DNA of 60,502 nt, filler included, from Sphacelaria rigidula (GCA_964200075.2; 9 parts of 9 records of this genome joined end to end with filler, not necessarily neighbours in it), one strand, 5' to 3'. Shown: positions 1 to 13,768, counted from the first letter of the whole stretch. Numbers and translations: made by a program. The notes: generated by a model from the sequence alone, not told the origin.

Positions 1-1769
1 CGAAGATTTTAATCCTCCGGGTTCTCATCCTCAATCAAAAGCACCATCCTCAACATAGATGATTGGCTGTTTATTGTTGAGTTTATTTTCCCGCCAGCCG
101 TCGTGCGCACACGTACGGGCATCAGAAGCCAGGGAAGAGGTTTTTATTGTTTTGCGTTCGGACCCACAAAATGTGCCTAACGTATTGATTATGTACCAAT
201 GTGATCACATCGGCGCGGCAGGTGACGCATGTGTACACACGCGTCTTCAAAGGTATGTGTGCGGTGACACGATGCTAGGGGGTGTATGTCGAGCTTCCAG
301 TGACGGGTGTGTAACCATGGAGCTGCCAAGAACGACTACAACCCGTACACTGGTTTTGGAGTCATGTTTGTCCGGCTGCAGTGTGTCTTGCTATGCAAAT
401 GACGGGAGGGTGGGTCAGTCTCCAAGCAACCGGCGCAGCACCACCGCAGCAGGTGTCGCATAAAAAAAAACTAGCAAAAACGTGGCCGCCGAATTGTGAC
501 GGGGTTCAAAAACGGAAATTCACAAGTTAACTTGCAAAGCTTTTTCGAGACAGACGTGAACTTTTTCGTGGCAATATGACAGTACAAAATAATACAAATA
601 TGCTGACGCCAGTATTATTCTAAAGCACGGTGAAGAACGGCCTGTGCAACCCCGTGGGTGTACTTCTCCGCAACAAGACTTTTTCCGGCCGCTTCTTGTG
701 GTGTACCAGGGGTTCGCCTGACGCCCGTGTTCGTGACAAACTAATTCTGCGGCAAGCAGATGACGCGTTTCATGTGGCGCAACGGAATGCCGTATTGCAG
801 AATTTTCTGCGTCGGAAGGCATGATGTATACGTCATGAACTTTTCCCCAGAAGCAGATCGACACGGTTGTGTCCTTTCAACCAGCTTCAGTGATCTTTCC
901 CGAACAGGAAAAAAAGGTATGCGTTCATGCCCGGACCACCAACCTGCCGCGCTTGCTTTGACGGAGCGCGACAGCAAGGTGTCGCTACACGCAGCATTCT
1001 GCAACGCTGCTCTAGTTACAAGCACAATGCTTTCAGCTGCAAATCACAGATCAACTTTTCTAACGGTACCGTCTTTCGGTTCCGCCCAAAAAACGCACCG
1101 TACCTACTCACCATAGCTCCAACACATACCTCGGTCGCTACTGACGACAGCTGACCCGCGGATGACACACACGGAAGAGCTGTTTCACGAAACACCGCCA
1201 CAGGGCGGTGGCACTGCGAGCGGGCTATGGACGGATGGACGACACATGGCCGGTGCCGCGTGCCGTACGAGAGATACGGGACTCCGTTGAATACCTGTGA
1301 ATGAGCGAGAACCAAAGTTTCGCAAAATGGGCGAGGGTACCGATATTCTGGAGGTAGAAATCCTGGAATATTAACGAGTTCGGCAGTCTCAACGGTGGGT
1401 ACGTCAGTATATTTGGTGTTTTCCGACGGTCGAAATTCCATGTACCTGATAATAGGCTGCGTGTGCCGGCGGTTGATGCCCCATGTCGACCGATAACATT
1501 TAATATATTTCGGCAGTCATTACCCAAGCTACGGTGGGACATGCAACATATCTCAGCAGAAAACGACCTGAACACCCCTGGAATACGAATTATTCACCCT
1601 GATTGACACTGAAGTCAATGTTTTTTGGGCTGCAAACGCCTCAAGTACTGCTGCAATACTACGCGGAATTTTCCCTGATAGCCTTTGACGGGGGAAACGT
1701 TTGTTGTGTGAGAGAAGTTGCTTTCTACCGTGTAGACGAGGGCTGATGATACTTCGTTCAGCACGAATG

Positions 1770-1955
1770 GAAATATTGCACACCTTGGACAATATATGGT
1801 CAATAGATGGAATAGACGAGAAGTGTACTCCATAAAGTATAGGCCTATTGCAAGTATTGCCGGACACCATTAGTCGCAACAGGCCTATACTTCATGTAGT
1901 ACGCTTCTTGTCTATTGCAACTATTGACCATATGTTGTCCGATGTGTGAAATATT
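1770..1955. repeat. Imperfect palindrome (about 80-bp arms), probable foldback MITE remnant
   Basis: aatattgcacaccttggacaatatatggtcaatag...ggcctattgc (1770-1850) is the near reverse complement of gcaacaggcctatac...gtgtgaaatatt (1875-1955). Confidence 0.6.
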
Positions 1956-2312
1956 GGGTGCGCTCAAGGCCAGGAAATACGTGACGTTGCTGCGATGGAT
2001 GCATGACGAATTCCATCGATACGTTTGACGAGAATGTGTGTGGGTTCCGCTCATCCGTTACAGTTGAAACATGAGCACAGGGAACAGTCGACACGACAGA
2101 ACAACAAACTGCGTCAAAACACAGAGGAAAAATATAGACGTGATTCTGGGGCGTTCTTTCCCCCCCTCTTTTAAAACGCTCGCCGTCCGCCCCCTCCCCG
2201 GCACAAGAGAGTGACACAAAATCTCAAACAAAATGCAAAAACTCGGTGAACACGTCAACCGTTGCAGCTAGACAGCTGCACATCGGCGGCCTGTGACGAC
2301 TAGCCTTCACAC

Positions 2313-5300
2313 CTGCTGTCGACAATAAAGCTCGAGATGCTCGGCGATCAGCAGTGCCTTGTATGCCGTATCCCCCCTGTACCCTTCACCGCATCCCTCT
2401 TCTTCCGTCTCCTTTCTTGTCTCCGCAACAGAGTCTTCCACTCCCCTCCCTGCCCTGCCACTCCCGTCGACGCCCAATCCACGCTCTCCGAGTCCGTCAG
2501 CGCCGCTCTTCTCCTCCACGTGCCCTTCTTTTGCCACCGCCGCCGTCCTCGGCACAGTAGATGGCGGGGGTATCGGGCAAGGCTCGAGCGCACGTTCTGC
2601 AGGTGCGTCTTCGTTCAACACGTTTCGTTTGTCAGCATCTTTTACGTCGCTCGTTTCGCTGGTATCTTTCCGGCCGTATTTACTGCTACAGCGGCTGCCC
2701 GTGGCAGTACTATCGGCGTCGTCATTGATCTTGTCCCGAGCGACGCTCGATATCTCCCGGTCGGGAGTGAGACGGCGTTCTGGCGGCGACGACCGGGTTG
2801 GAATATCTTGGGTGCCCTCGACTTTGATCGATCCTGTCGGAGACGCGGCACTCTCCGTGTCCGCCCCCCCCCGCGGCTCTATGCTGGTGCTGCTGGTGCC
2901 AAACCCTTCTTCAGTTTCGGTTTCGGCTTTGAATGGACTTTGAACGAACTTCACAACAATTCCGGTTTCTGAGGAGCGATCTTGAGCGGTATTCGGGGGG
3001 ACACATGTGTCGTGATCGGAACCCTCGCGTGGAGGCGCTACGTTTCCCGCTTGGTGAAATCTGTCGAGCATGCCACCAGAGGTACGAAGTGGCTCACCAC
3101 TCGTCGAGCGGGCGGAGCTAGGTGCAAATGGCTGTGATAGCCCGCTGCTCGCCCCGTGTCCGCTAGCACGCGCTTGATCCGCAACCCTCGCTTCGTCCGG
3201 CTTTGCAAGGCGCTGTAGCGCACTGCCATCATTCGCCCCCGTTGACCGGATCTCATTGATTTGGCGTAAGGCCCGTTGTGCTGCTGCTGGTATTGGACCT
3301 GATGGTGCTGCAACAGAAGGATGATGTTTCTGTTGCCCCAACTGCTGTTGCTCCTGAGCAACCAACAGATCTAACCCACGAGGATCTGGTCCACCTAGAC
3401 GAGGTGCGTTTCCGGCGGGGGCGGAAGCTTGAAACCGTGACGGGCTAGCACTTGCCGGCGAGATCGGGGTAGACACAGTCGCCCCGACGCTTTGCGGTCG
3501 GTTCCGCTGCAATATGTCAGAACATGAACGGTGGTCGACGGAAACGCAAGAAGGGGGAAGGGGGAAGGGGGGAGAGGGGCAGCTACATCAACCAACACAA
3601 CGCACCGTGAGCTCTCGAGCAATAATATCTGTTGAAGGTGGAAGATGGCTATCGTACAATCAATTAGTCGGCGACCGCGCCAGGGTAGCACTATTGACAG
3701 GCCGAAACTCGCTCAAGAAATCAGAGCTGATCATGTATATGGAAGTGCGGCGGCCTCGTACGAGATAGAAGATGGTAGATGCAGTCATACAGAGCGGGAA
3801 AAGTTTGTGACCCTGTTACTTCGCGAATTGTACACGCTAAGTGAGAATGTGGAAGAGATGCAACGGGATCTTATACATTTTCGAGTGGACGTACGATGTG
3901 CAGGGATGATGCGGGACACGAAAGCGACTGTGTGCCAAAAATGCTGTTCACGAGCGACGTGAAGTTTGTCATCAAAGCGACTCTTACAGCACTCGGTTCA
4001 TCAGTCGACAAATCGGCTGAGGGTGATCCGCACCGGTTTCATGCACGTCGCAAAAAAAGAAAAAAGACTCATAAACTGCAACGGCTTGGCGAAAATCAGA
4101 TATCATAACACGTGATGAAAATAGGTTACAATGGAGGAGCAACATAAAAAAACACGACAACCGCCTTGTACAGACAGACACCATTTATGTAAGCAAAAAT
4201 GCTCATCTTTTGGTTGCCAAAACATTCAAGCAAAACCTCTTGTGCTTGTGCCCCCCGCAGCACGAACTTCTACAGTAGAGTCAACCGGCGTTGGGCTACA
4301 AATGTCTATGGTTGACACATTACTTGATTTGAGTGGGTACAGCAAGAACTGGGTGTCAAGTAGGGCTGACAGTCCCGTGTGCCCCTGGCGTGCGCAGAAC
4401 GCGTTTCCGTTGAAATCGGCGCCATAGGCGCCGATTTGGGGTCTACCAACGTCGCACTTTGCCAAGGGAATGCTGCGTACCGCCTTTGCCCCAGGGGTTC
4501 TCGGTATGCGTTGGGTTGAGGTTCGGGTTAGGGGTGGCGATACTCGTAAAATGTGTCAACCATGGGCATTTGTAGTCCAACGCAGGTTAACGAGTCTCAA
4601 CTTCTGCAGCGTTCCGAAAAAAGACTCTTCGCGAAGGCCGGCTTCAAGCAAGTACTAAACTCTCTTCAGCATCATGTGTCTGTCTGTCTGCCGGCCTTTT
4701 TCGGCGCACCTGCTCTCAGCACCCAAGATCAAAGCAATACCCACCAAAACGTGTGCCCAACACACACAATGTTGCCGACACAGTACCCGCGCGGCGTTTG
4801 CTTCAGATCAACAGGTGATCAAGGCCAGCACCTCTCCGTCCATGTGTCAGTGATGCACGCCAATACCAGCGTTGGCGATGGGCCCGTGTCCAAACTATGT
4901 TCTTAAGCTTCGATCACGGTACGACCATAGACAGTACAATGACAATGACAGTACTCCTTGTCCACTAGACGCCTTTACTGGCCACAAGCATCCTTCGAAC
5001 GCAAGTGGCTTGGGTGCGCATGGCCTTGTTTGCGGCCAAAAAACAACCGTGCGCGTCACCTCCGACACCACTACAGACCGTATACGCCCCCCATCCGCGT
5101 CTCCATCTCACCACAACGCGAAGCAACTCCTCTTCCTCTTCCTCGCCTCCACCTCCACCGCCACCATCACTATCGACGGCCGACTGCCATCGCACAGGCT
5201 CGTTCACATCACGTGACATTGCCTCTATCCTCGCGCACACCACCGGTGCCGGGACGCGCGCCTTGTCCTCGAGGACCCCACCCCCGCCACCCTCATCCTC

Positions 5301-5429
5301 CGGCACCGCCTCCGGTACGAGTTCGGGATCGGGGTATCTTCTTGGAGAGATGTCATCCCTGGATACGGGGTCCTTGGAGGTGCCCTCCCTCGATATGTGG
5401 TCCTCGGAGATCGGTTTTGTCATCTTAGG
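2313..5429 (-). CDS. Partial multi-exon hypothetical protein (low-complexity, S/E/A/G-rich); exons 5429-5112 and 3506-2313
   Basis: Exon 5429-5112 has tag| acceptor and GTG|gtgaga donor. Exon 3506-2313 has a CTGAC branch point, pyrimidine tract, ttgcag| acceptor and CAG|gtgtga donor. Both are phase 0/0 and join in frame (...EEEELLRVV|RNRPQSVG...). The larger exon is 398 open codons. No recognisable domain. Confidence 0.7.
4285..4586. mobile_element. Intronic MITE with about 37-bp TIRs and TCAA/TTAA flanks (piggyBac-like signature)
   Basis: Left ccggcgttgggctacaaatgtctatggttgacacatt versus right aatgtgtcaaccatgggcatttgtagtccaacgcagg. The internal core recurs inverted at about 19545-19760. Confidence 0.65.
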
Positions 5430-5734
5430 CTACCGGTTGAGCGCAGCGAGCATGGGTCAAGGGAGAGTGGGATGGGGGGCGTGTGGATGACGTGTGAATG
5501 CCCGTTTCGGAAACTAGTTCACTAGGTGGGTCCTTGGTGGCAAGACATTACTGCAGGGGTCTTTACTGCGGGAGCGTTGATGGGCACGGGGAGACTAAAG
5601 CAGCGAAAAACGTCGGCGGCGGACAGTCATGGATAAGAGGTGAGACGAATCAACACCTTTTCAGACGAAAGGGCTGAACGTTCCGGTAAAAGAGGCGCAG
5701 GATGGAATATGTTTACTTTATTCGGGCAGAGAGG

Positions 5735-6000
5735 CGAGTCATTGCTTGCTTGCCTTAGTCATGTGGTCACTACCACGACTCTCCTTCGAGACGGAGTACC
5801 GCCTACTCCTGATAGAGACACCTCAAGATAAGTATTTTTCTCTCACTTAATAAGGGTCTTTGCACATCCTATCCTCTTCCTAATCCATCTGCTGCCGCCA
5901 CCTGTCTCCTAATATGGCGATCGTTCTTTCGCCATCTAACGTACCAAACGTTTCCTTAACACGTCCCGTTCCTCCTTCAACAATTCGCATTCTTCAGCTA
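5735..6000 (-). mobile_element. LINE ORF2 C-terminal/3'-end fragment (degenerate)
   Basis: Minus strand translates as ECELLKEERDVL...FGTLDGERTIAILGDRW, matching the fragment at 41367-41527. It continues into the shared tail (ctccgtctcgaaggag...actaaggcaagcaagcaatgac). Its 5' flank is a G-run at about 6010. Confidence 0.65.
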
Positions 6001-6123
6001 TATGGGTTTGGGGGGGCGGAGTCATCAGATTGGTGTTTGGTAAGAAACGGTCTGGCTTGCTGACTGTTCGTAAGAAGCACGACGAATACCCTGGGTGGCG
6101 TGGTAATGTGGTTGACTCCTCAA

Positions 6124-6634
6124 CCCTTTCGGGACCGACCCCCCACTGACACAGGGTTGACCCTGTGTTAAGGAAATAATTAAAAATAAGTCAGGAAGCG
6201 ACCTGCCCAATCACGGCGAGGCAAAATTTATCGACCAGACCTGAACGACCAGCGCAGGGGTTGTTGGCCGGTGGGATGCCACTGCAAAGATCGTGTGGGG
6301 GCCCTGTCCATGGCCCAGATAAGCCTTCCAAGGTTTCCAAGAGCAGGGCGGTCGGAACTTGGTTACAATATATGATATTACTTGCACTCAGTACAGCGTT
6401 CCCGAGTTTTCCGGTGGGTTTTTCGGGCCACAATTTCATACTAAAACGTAGTAATTACACTAACACAGGGTCGACCGGAAAAACCGGGAAGGAATATACA
6501 TGCTACGATGTGGTTATTTTCACGAGGGACTACACCCAGGTGGGCCGTGGAAAGACCAAATGAACTACCGTCATGAATTCTCCGTATTCCTCTGCCGATG
6601 ACTTGCAGTGTGCAGTCAACATGTATGTAGTGGG
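6124..6634. mobile_element. Second copy (left about 510 bp, cut by contig end) of the piggyBac-type MITE at 16490-17486
   Basis: ccctttcgggaccgacccccc...cagggttgaccctgtgtta... aligns co-linearly with 16490-17000. Confidence 0.8.
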
Positions 6635-6734
6635 NNNNNNNNNNNNNNNNNNNNNNNNNNNNNNNNNNNNNNNNNNNNTTAATTAATTAANNNNNNNNNN
6701 NNNNNNNNNNNNNNNNNNNNNNNNNNNNNNNNNN
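6635..6734. other. Artificial contig spacer N44-TTAATTAATTAA-N44 (also at 13369-13468, 20103-20202, 26837-26936, 33571-33670, 40304-40403, 47037-47136, 53770-53869)
   Basis: Identical 100-bp spacer with a six-frame stop linker, occurring eight times at about 6.73-kb spacing. Confidence 0.98.
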
Positions 6735-6804
6735 CCCCTCCCCCTGCAGTTTCCTCGCGGTACGCTCACCGAATACACATCGGCCACGTTGCCTGTATGT
6801 ACAG

Positions 6805-9800
6805 GTCAGGCACGCCGTGTATTCGACTAACGGTACGGTCAACACAGTCCGAGCGCTGAAGGATAAGCTGGGTCACCTGGCCACGGACATGTCTTTCATG
6901 CGGACGACGCGTACGATTGGGAGGGGGTTGAACAGTGCTTCTGTTGGCCGGCGCATCAACAAGCGCGTCGCTTTTGAACCTCGAGATCCTCGGGATAAAG
7001 CGCAAAAAAACAGGTGAGTGGGAGGCTGCACTTGCAAGCATGTTGCCTGCGCGTGAGTGTTGACTGGCTGGTTCTTGGTTACGTCATCGGTTTGGTTCGA
7101 TCTCGTCGCGGTAAAATGATGAGAGCGTACGTGCGTTTTTGTCATTAAATCCCTTGAGGGTGTAAAATGGCGCGTAAGGCATGCTGTATATGTGGGCTAT
7201 TGGCGCGCTCTGCATCGGGTACTCTCTCTGTCTCCCTCTGTATGTCTCTCAACCATGTTTCCTTCTTTGTTTCTGACGGAAGCATCGTGTTGTAATATTG
7301 CCCATGAGTCTCTTGGGACGTTTCAACTCAACATAGGAAGAGGACATGTATTGTACCGCAAGCCCAGTTGGGCTGTGTAAAATTAAACAGCGGGTTGGTC
7401 CGAAATATATGTTGAGGGGAAACAAATGCCCTTTCTTTTCGGGTGTTACCGCGCTGTGGGTGAAGACAAATCTCAGCGACAGACATCGCCTCCGTTTTGT
7501 CGTCGCTTGAGAAATGTTTTCGCGTTGCAACATTTTCGCCCGATATACTGGTGTTGCCGTTCACTGTAGATGCCACGATGTTTCCTGCCCTCTGGGGTAC
7601 TCGTCGAACGTGGAATCCGCTGTCGGCACGTTGTTAACGTCCCACCTCTTGCGCCTGCCGCCTGCGTGGAAACTCTCTGCCACACCTCCTTCCGATTGCT
7701 CACGGCTTCGGCCTCGTGCTCAACGTGGACTTGTTGCCTTTTGTCCTGTACCGCGCCCGGTGTTAGTCGGATGGACCTGTCTATGCTCCTCAAGGCTCAG
7801 TTCCAGGAAGAGGCGATGGAGGATCCCTTCGACAGCCGGCCGGTTGACCTAATTTCGGTGAGAGGAACTGAACACGAATACGCGTCGTGTGAACGGTCGC
7901 GACTGATAATCGGTAATTCCGAGCATGCCCAATTGTGGCGGTTTCAATTAAGATGACGGTCGTTGTTGTAGGCCCTGGCGCACACCTTATCGTGCGAGCC
8001 GGGGACTTCATGACCGTCAGGGTTCCGCTGGTACAGTTAACTTGGCAGACTGGTGAATGTTTGACGGGTCGGACGACTAGATGATTCGTGTGGAAATTAC
8101 TTGATTTTAGTGTGATTGATTCAATCCTTGGGCTTCGTTTTCAGCGTTGCAACCCAGGTACGCGCAGTCCAGGCACGCGAAATGACGCAAAAATTGCGTG
8201 GGATCCTTTTCGACCATCGCTCGACTTTTTTTTCTCTCTTGCGAGTAATCAGGCCTGAAAAATCGTGGGTTTGGTGATTCGAACCGGCGATGATTCGTTC
8301 GAACCGTGGATTGTTTGCGGTATCATACGGGCAAACCCATGAGATCTCTTCCAGTGATGGTCTTGGTAGTACTAGTTGCGTGTGACCTCCAAAAGCATAC
8401 CTTGATTCGGGGCTTAGAAACAGCCTCCTGAGCGCCACGACGACCGGTGTTTTGTCATGGTCAGCTCACGCGCTTATTATCTACTAGGATTAACAGAGCG
8501 GCGCAAGTATAAAGGTCCACTCTGAGCTTCTTGCACGATAATCTGTCGACCACTTGATCATATTTCGTTATGCATCATCGATATCTTCAGTACCGCACGC
8601 ATCGGTGTACCCATATTGCATTTTCTTGATCATCGTATGTTAGCGTTGTTTCGCACTACACAGATAGATCGGTCGCCAGGAAGCGACTGCGGAACAATTG
8701 ACTCCAAAAGACAGACGGGCATCGGTGCAAACTTGTGTGTAATGCGAATCAAATACAACTATACCTAGTAGTAGTACAGCCCCCACGCTTTGCGCGCCAT
8801 CACCTTTGCCGCTGTACCCTCCTTGTCCGCTTTTTTGCCCGCTATTCGGCGGCGATATGATGTGTCTGTGCGGGCGTGTGTGTTCATTTCGCCAGATTGC
8901 GTCACGCGCCTCGCGAGAAGTGCAGATAGATAGGACGGTGTGGAAGACGTACGAGAACATGCCCCTCAAGAATGTCTATCTCTTGTTCGCCAATCTGCGT
9001 TGCATCCGGCTGTTCGTTGTGGCCGGCGACCGTCTGACAGGGGTCATTTCTCGATCGATCTTGTATAAGGTGAGCTGTCGTATGCAACATCGGAAATGGC
9101 AATGACTGGATACATGGCGTATTTTGTTTCAGAGGGACCCACGGATATTGGATATGGTGACACCCTACCCTGGACGGGGAATGCATGGGCAAGAGCTTCT
9201 TATTCTGTGGGGTTCGGGCGACATGTGACACATCTCGTAGACTAGAGTTGGGCAAGGCTTCCCGTGCAGCAGGACTAGGACGAGATGTAGACTGACGATG
9301 GTGGGGGCCGACTGCGACCTCGCCAATCCGCCAAGACTTCGGGGGTAGACACATGGTTTGAGACCGACGGTCGTGGGCTTGCTAGTAGGCTTGTTGAGTA
9401 TTGAGATATATATATATATATTATCAGCTATATTCACTAACTAATGAGCCAATTGCATGCTACTCCACATTTTTGCCGTGGTTTTGCCCGACGAAATGAC
9501 TGCATGGCCTGCTGTCTTGTATTTTGTGCAGCACGTGATGGCATCGCAGCAGATTTTGCTTCTCCAGTGTCGTCCAGATATTTCTAGACATGTGGTGGCT
9601 ACGAGTGTTTCCATTATACAAGACTGAGCAACGACCACGTGGGCACTTCCTTGCTTGTTTTCGTTTTTTGATTGCGTGCAGGCCATGTCCAACCGAGAAA
9701 CTGCGCTTGACGGCAGCAACTTCAACCTCAACAGCAGCAGCCGAACAAGCCATAGTGCAAATCGTTGGGCCGTTTCCTCCCGCCAAAAAAGAAAGCGATG

Positions 9801-9852
9801 GTATGATCTGTTTTTGGGGAGCCGCATGCATTCATCAGGTTCCAGCATATAG
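6805..9852 (+). CDS. CLC-family chloride channel/transporter, 3' part (inter-CBS linker, CBS2, C-tail); exons about 6805-7013, 7767-7857, 8896-9069, 9682-9852
   Basis: GT-AG boundaries with matching phases (2,0,0) give ...AQKNS|RMDLSMLLKAQFQEEAMEDPFDSRPVDLIS|IASRASREVQIDRTVWKTYENMPLKNVYLLFANLRCIRLFVVAGDRLTGVISRSILYK|AMSNRE...*. The third exon resembles the CLC CBS2 domain (compare [25 protein letters not shown]...GRLIGIVT in ClC-2). The first acceptor is uncertain. Confidence 0.8.
8065..8400. repeat. Dispersed repeat; inverted copy at about 58180-58502
   Basis: gtggaaattacttgattttagtgtgattgattcaatcc...gattcgaaccggcgatgattcgttcgaaccgtgg matches the reverse complement of 58245-58480. Confidence 0.75.
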
Positions 9853-12800
9853 CGGCGTTTGCAGAATGGCTACAGCCCGCACACACCTTGGCAGGCGAGA
9901 TGTGTGTGTAAGAGGTGCGGGCTAGGATACGGTAGGGGAACCAGGGAGCAGAAGGCAGTGAGCTATCGTGTGCGGCCTGTACTGGGTGGAGGAGGGGAAG
10001 GAGAGGAGAGGAACAGCAGAGCGGCTCGTAATTGACTGTTAGTGTATGACATGACACGCAGTAAGCGAGGGGTGAGGACGTCAGCGGTGGGAGGGAAGCG
10101 ATGCTCTAGGGAATCCACCAGGACCGAGTTATTGAGGAGCCTCCCCAAGTTTGGTGGCGGCGACGGGTCTTGCAGTAGCGTCCCAACACTGCAGCTTGCA
10201 CTGCTGTAGTTGAGCTGAAGACTAAAAAGTAGGGTGGTTGTTGAAAGAGAATGACAGGAGATGGGGAGGGGGAGCGTGGTCGTTAAGTCTTGCCAGGCCG
10301 GTTCTGCCTTGTATATGTGTGTTTGTGTTTTGGCCTGGCCTAATCTAGCGTGCCCCACCGTGATATTGATCGTACCGTGTGCAATTTGTCCGGCGTTTTG
10401 TGTTTCGAGTGTTGCGGGGGGCACACATGTTGATGTCCAACAGAGCGCCGCCAGTCTATGCCTGGCTTGTTGCGCATGACGGACGGGCTTATGCCAGCGT
10501 GGGACGTGGTGTGTCTGGTGTTGGTGCGTGTTTCTATTGGTGATGTAAGTGCGCTGGAGCGCTATCAGGGGCGGTTCGCGGTTCTTTCCTGTGGAAGTTC
10601 CTGTCTCGTGAGACATGTGACAGCAGGTGCATGGGTTGTTTTATCATTTTTCGTGAGGCGTGGTGTGTAGTGCGATGGGGTGGGCTTTTTGCTTGGGGAG
10701 AGGAGGTGCCAAAATGTCAGGGGTCGAAAAAGACGAGGAGGGGTGTACCTAGAGAAGGTGACATCTGGAGCCGGGTTGGTGTTGTAGCCCCGATGTGTGG
10801 TGAAGTGCGAAAACGCGCCGCGTCGGCGTATGCTGTAGCGTTTGTGGATGGGGAAATTTGTATGTCCAAGTGCCGACACGGAGTGGCGTTTTTTTTATGC
10901 TATTTTTTTCCTAGTGCTTGTGGTGCTGTTTTTGGGTGTTATAGACGGGCAGGGATGCGTTTTGCAAGCTTTGTATGTACTCAGTCTAGCTCTCACTTTT
11001 TTGTCGCTCAGATGCCAGTCAAAACTCGTACTCCTGTGCCATGCGATGGTTTATTATCGTGTTTTTGGTTCTGGTTTAAATCACATATGGTGAAGCGTTT
11101 GTATCGGAAGGTTTCGGCTCCGTGTTATAAATGGGAGAAGAGAACAACAAAGTGTGTGTGGCGTCCTTCAATTCTTGATTTTCTTCCAAGCTGAGGAAAA
11201 AAAAAATATGCATGCTTTTTTTTTCGTCTTTTTTTGTTCCTCCTTTTCTGTCTCTGACTAACGTGGCGTGTTTTCGAGTGTTGTGCCCTAGTACATGCGT
11301 GTGTTGTTTGTACGCTACTTTCTTGTCCTATTTTCCTGAAGTTATCAAGTCATCCTAGGCATTGGGCTCTACCCCAGGGCTTGGCCTTTGTGTATGAAAC
11401 GTAGAGCGGGTGTCAGGGAAAGTATGCGCACTTTCGAGTATATACGTCTAGGCACTTCCCGACTTGAGACTCGATTCGTTTACTATCTTGCACATGGTTG
11501 GGCGAGCCGAGGGGTGCCAGCTTTACGGCGTGCACGCTTTGAGTTGCCACCTGAACGCGCCGTCTGGCTGATGAGGCAATTCATGCCGTAGCGGCAGGCA
11601 CAAGAGCATGGGATTGTTTTGCGTGCGTATTCGACCACACCTACGTACTGCTGGGGGTTTAGTGGCAAAAGGTAAAGAAAAGGGAGGGGGGGGGGGGGGG
11701 GGGGGGATTTAGATCCAATGCACAGCGTTGAGTATGGGAAAGAGTACAGATGGGAGAGGGCAGGAATTATTGGGGAGGGAGCGATGCCTAGTGAGGACTT
11801 CCACTGGAAGTTCCGGGCAGAGAACAATCGAGGAACAGGATGCGTGTATTTTGGAGAGGGGGGGTTGCTTCCGTGCGCGCCGCCCTCGTCTTTTTTTTTT
11901 TTGCTTTCATTGTGCGCTGGTCGAATGCAATGTTGTGTCTGGGGTGGTCGGTTGACACGCTTGCGACGGCCGCAGTCTTGTGAGAATGAGTTGACCGCTT
12001 GCTGCCTTCGAAAAGGCCACGCCGAGCGAGACGATCCACCATTGCGATCTATGACGCTTTGCGTGCTACAATTAGTTTGTTCACGCACGGGCGTGTTAGT
12101 CTTTTCTTCTAGCTGTTATTCAACCGGCAGCTGTTGAGGGAGGGAGGGGGGGGGAAGAGGGGGTTCAGGGAGGCATGGCAGCATAAGTTCTGCCGAGTAG
12201 GTAGTCGATACACGGATACTTTGCTCCGTAGCAAGGATACTGTATTTCTAGCTTTCATTTATTACTGTTGTTTTGCAATGCTTGCTGAAGCCAGCGGATA
12301 TGTCCGTCGACCAAGCGACGACATGGTGGGCTTTGACTTGGAATGGATTCCTATTTTTGCGCTCAATCGTGTACTGTCACCGTGCGGTAGAATGAAACTT
12401 GCCTCTCGTTGGAGTTTTTGTTCTTTTCATGACGTCGGTCCACAGTAGCTCTAGCTCGAGTAGTTTTCGATATGGAGCTGGATCATGACCACGCACACCT
12501 TGCGTGCCGATGAAGGCTACTTGAAGGAAAACACTTGACGAGATGGTAACTCGGAGCGTGTTTATTTTTTATGCTCTCGTGCCCACACCGTACCCTATAT
12601 AGGATGGGACAGGGTTGAAAGGAACGCCTGTTTCCCTGTAGCGTCCATATGTAGTTGGCACTGTAAGGTACCTTGTTTATATACAAACATGTCGTCAGCC
12701 TCATGTTCTCGACGTTTCAATGCGACGCTTTCTCTCGTTGTGTGGGTGGCGTCCAGTGTTCTGTGCAAATATTTTTGTGCACCTGGAACCCGCCGAGAAA

Positions 12801-13297
12801 GTTGGGAGATCAGAAACTGGCGAACAGAATATTCGGGTTGTAATGGACTAGTTCGGATTGGTTTGTTTTGGGTCGACTGTTGTCCAACATGTTGCCTGCT
12901 CCCTCAAGTTTGTTCGGCGGTGTTCACCGTGTGTGCGGTGGATAACCTTCTCCCGACCGAGAGGGTTGGTATCATACTTGCTTGAGTAACGAGATAGATA
13001 CGAAATGCGCAGGCAGATCATGTGGTTCCCAGGCATCATTCAGGGTAAAGCGTCAGGTCAGGTCCAATTATCGGAATTCTGCCGCTTCGTATTGTGTATG
13101 ACATTGTACTCGCGCAAGGTGGTGAGATGCAATTTCCCCGTAAACCTTGCGTTTACCCTGGTTTTGAGGGGATTGCGTCTGGTTTGTTGTGGTCGCTTTG
13201 GCAACCTCGTAGGTGTTGTGGTTTTTCAAGAGTTTATTTTGTAGTGACGCCACACAGAAATCGAAAAATATTGACACCTGAAGATGCCGCAACATGT

Positions 13298-13368
13298 GAC
13301 ACTTTCTACGATAACCCCCCCCAAAAACCAACTAAAAGTGTCACGAAAAAAATGGCCATACAGCGCCT
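13298..13368. mobile_element. Truncated copy of the 4-bp-TSD MITE (empty-site reference, no retro-insert)
   Basis: TIR gacactttctacgataaccccccc is followed directly by aaaaccaactaaaagtgtcacg. The copy is cut by the contig end. Confidence 0.75.
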
Positions 13369-13599
13369 NNNNNNNNNNNNNNNNNNNNNNNNNNNNNNNN
13401 NNNNNNNNNNNNTTAATTAATTAANNNNNNNNNNNNNNNNNNNNNNNNNNNNNNNNNNNNNNNNNNNNAAGCGACGCCAACCCCATCGGGGGTCCGCCCC
13501 TACAAAGCCGGGACGGAGCACGCCGGGTAGCAAACAGGGGGGGGCGGAGCGTGAAGGCATCTCAAGACTATGGTGTAGACGATTTCAGATACAGTTTAT

Positions 13600-13768
13600 T
13601 ATTGTTATTATCATTATTCTTCTTTTCTTATTTTATTTAATTTTTTCTATTTCTTTTTCTTCTTTTTCTTCTTTTTCTTCTTTTTTCTTTTTTTTATTTT
13701 CTTCTTTTTTTTATTTTTCTTGTTCTTGTTCTTCTTGTTCTTGTTCTCGTTCTTGTTCTTGTTCTTGA
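13600..13768. repeat. (TTA)/(TTC)/(TTCTTG)n low-complexity microsatellite tract
   Basis: Directly visible in the sequence. Confidence 0.9.

Noticed and set aside
520..1880. Short ORFs as a gene or transposase
   Set aside because: No recognisable motif or consistent splice structure.
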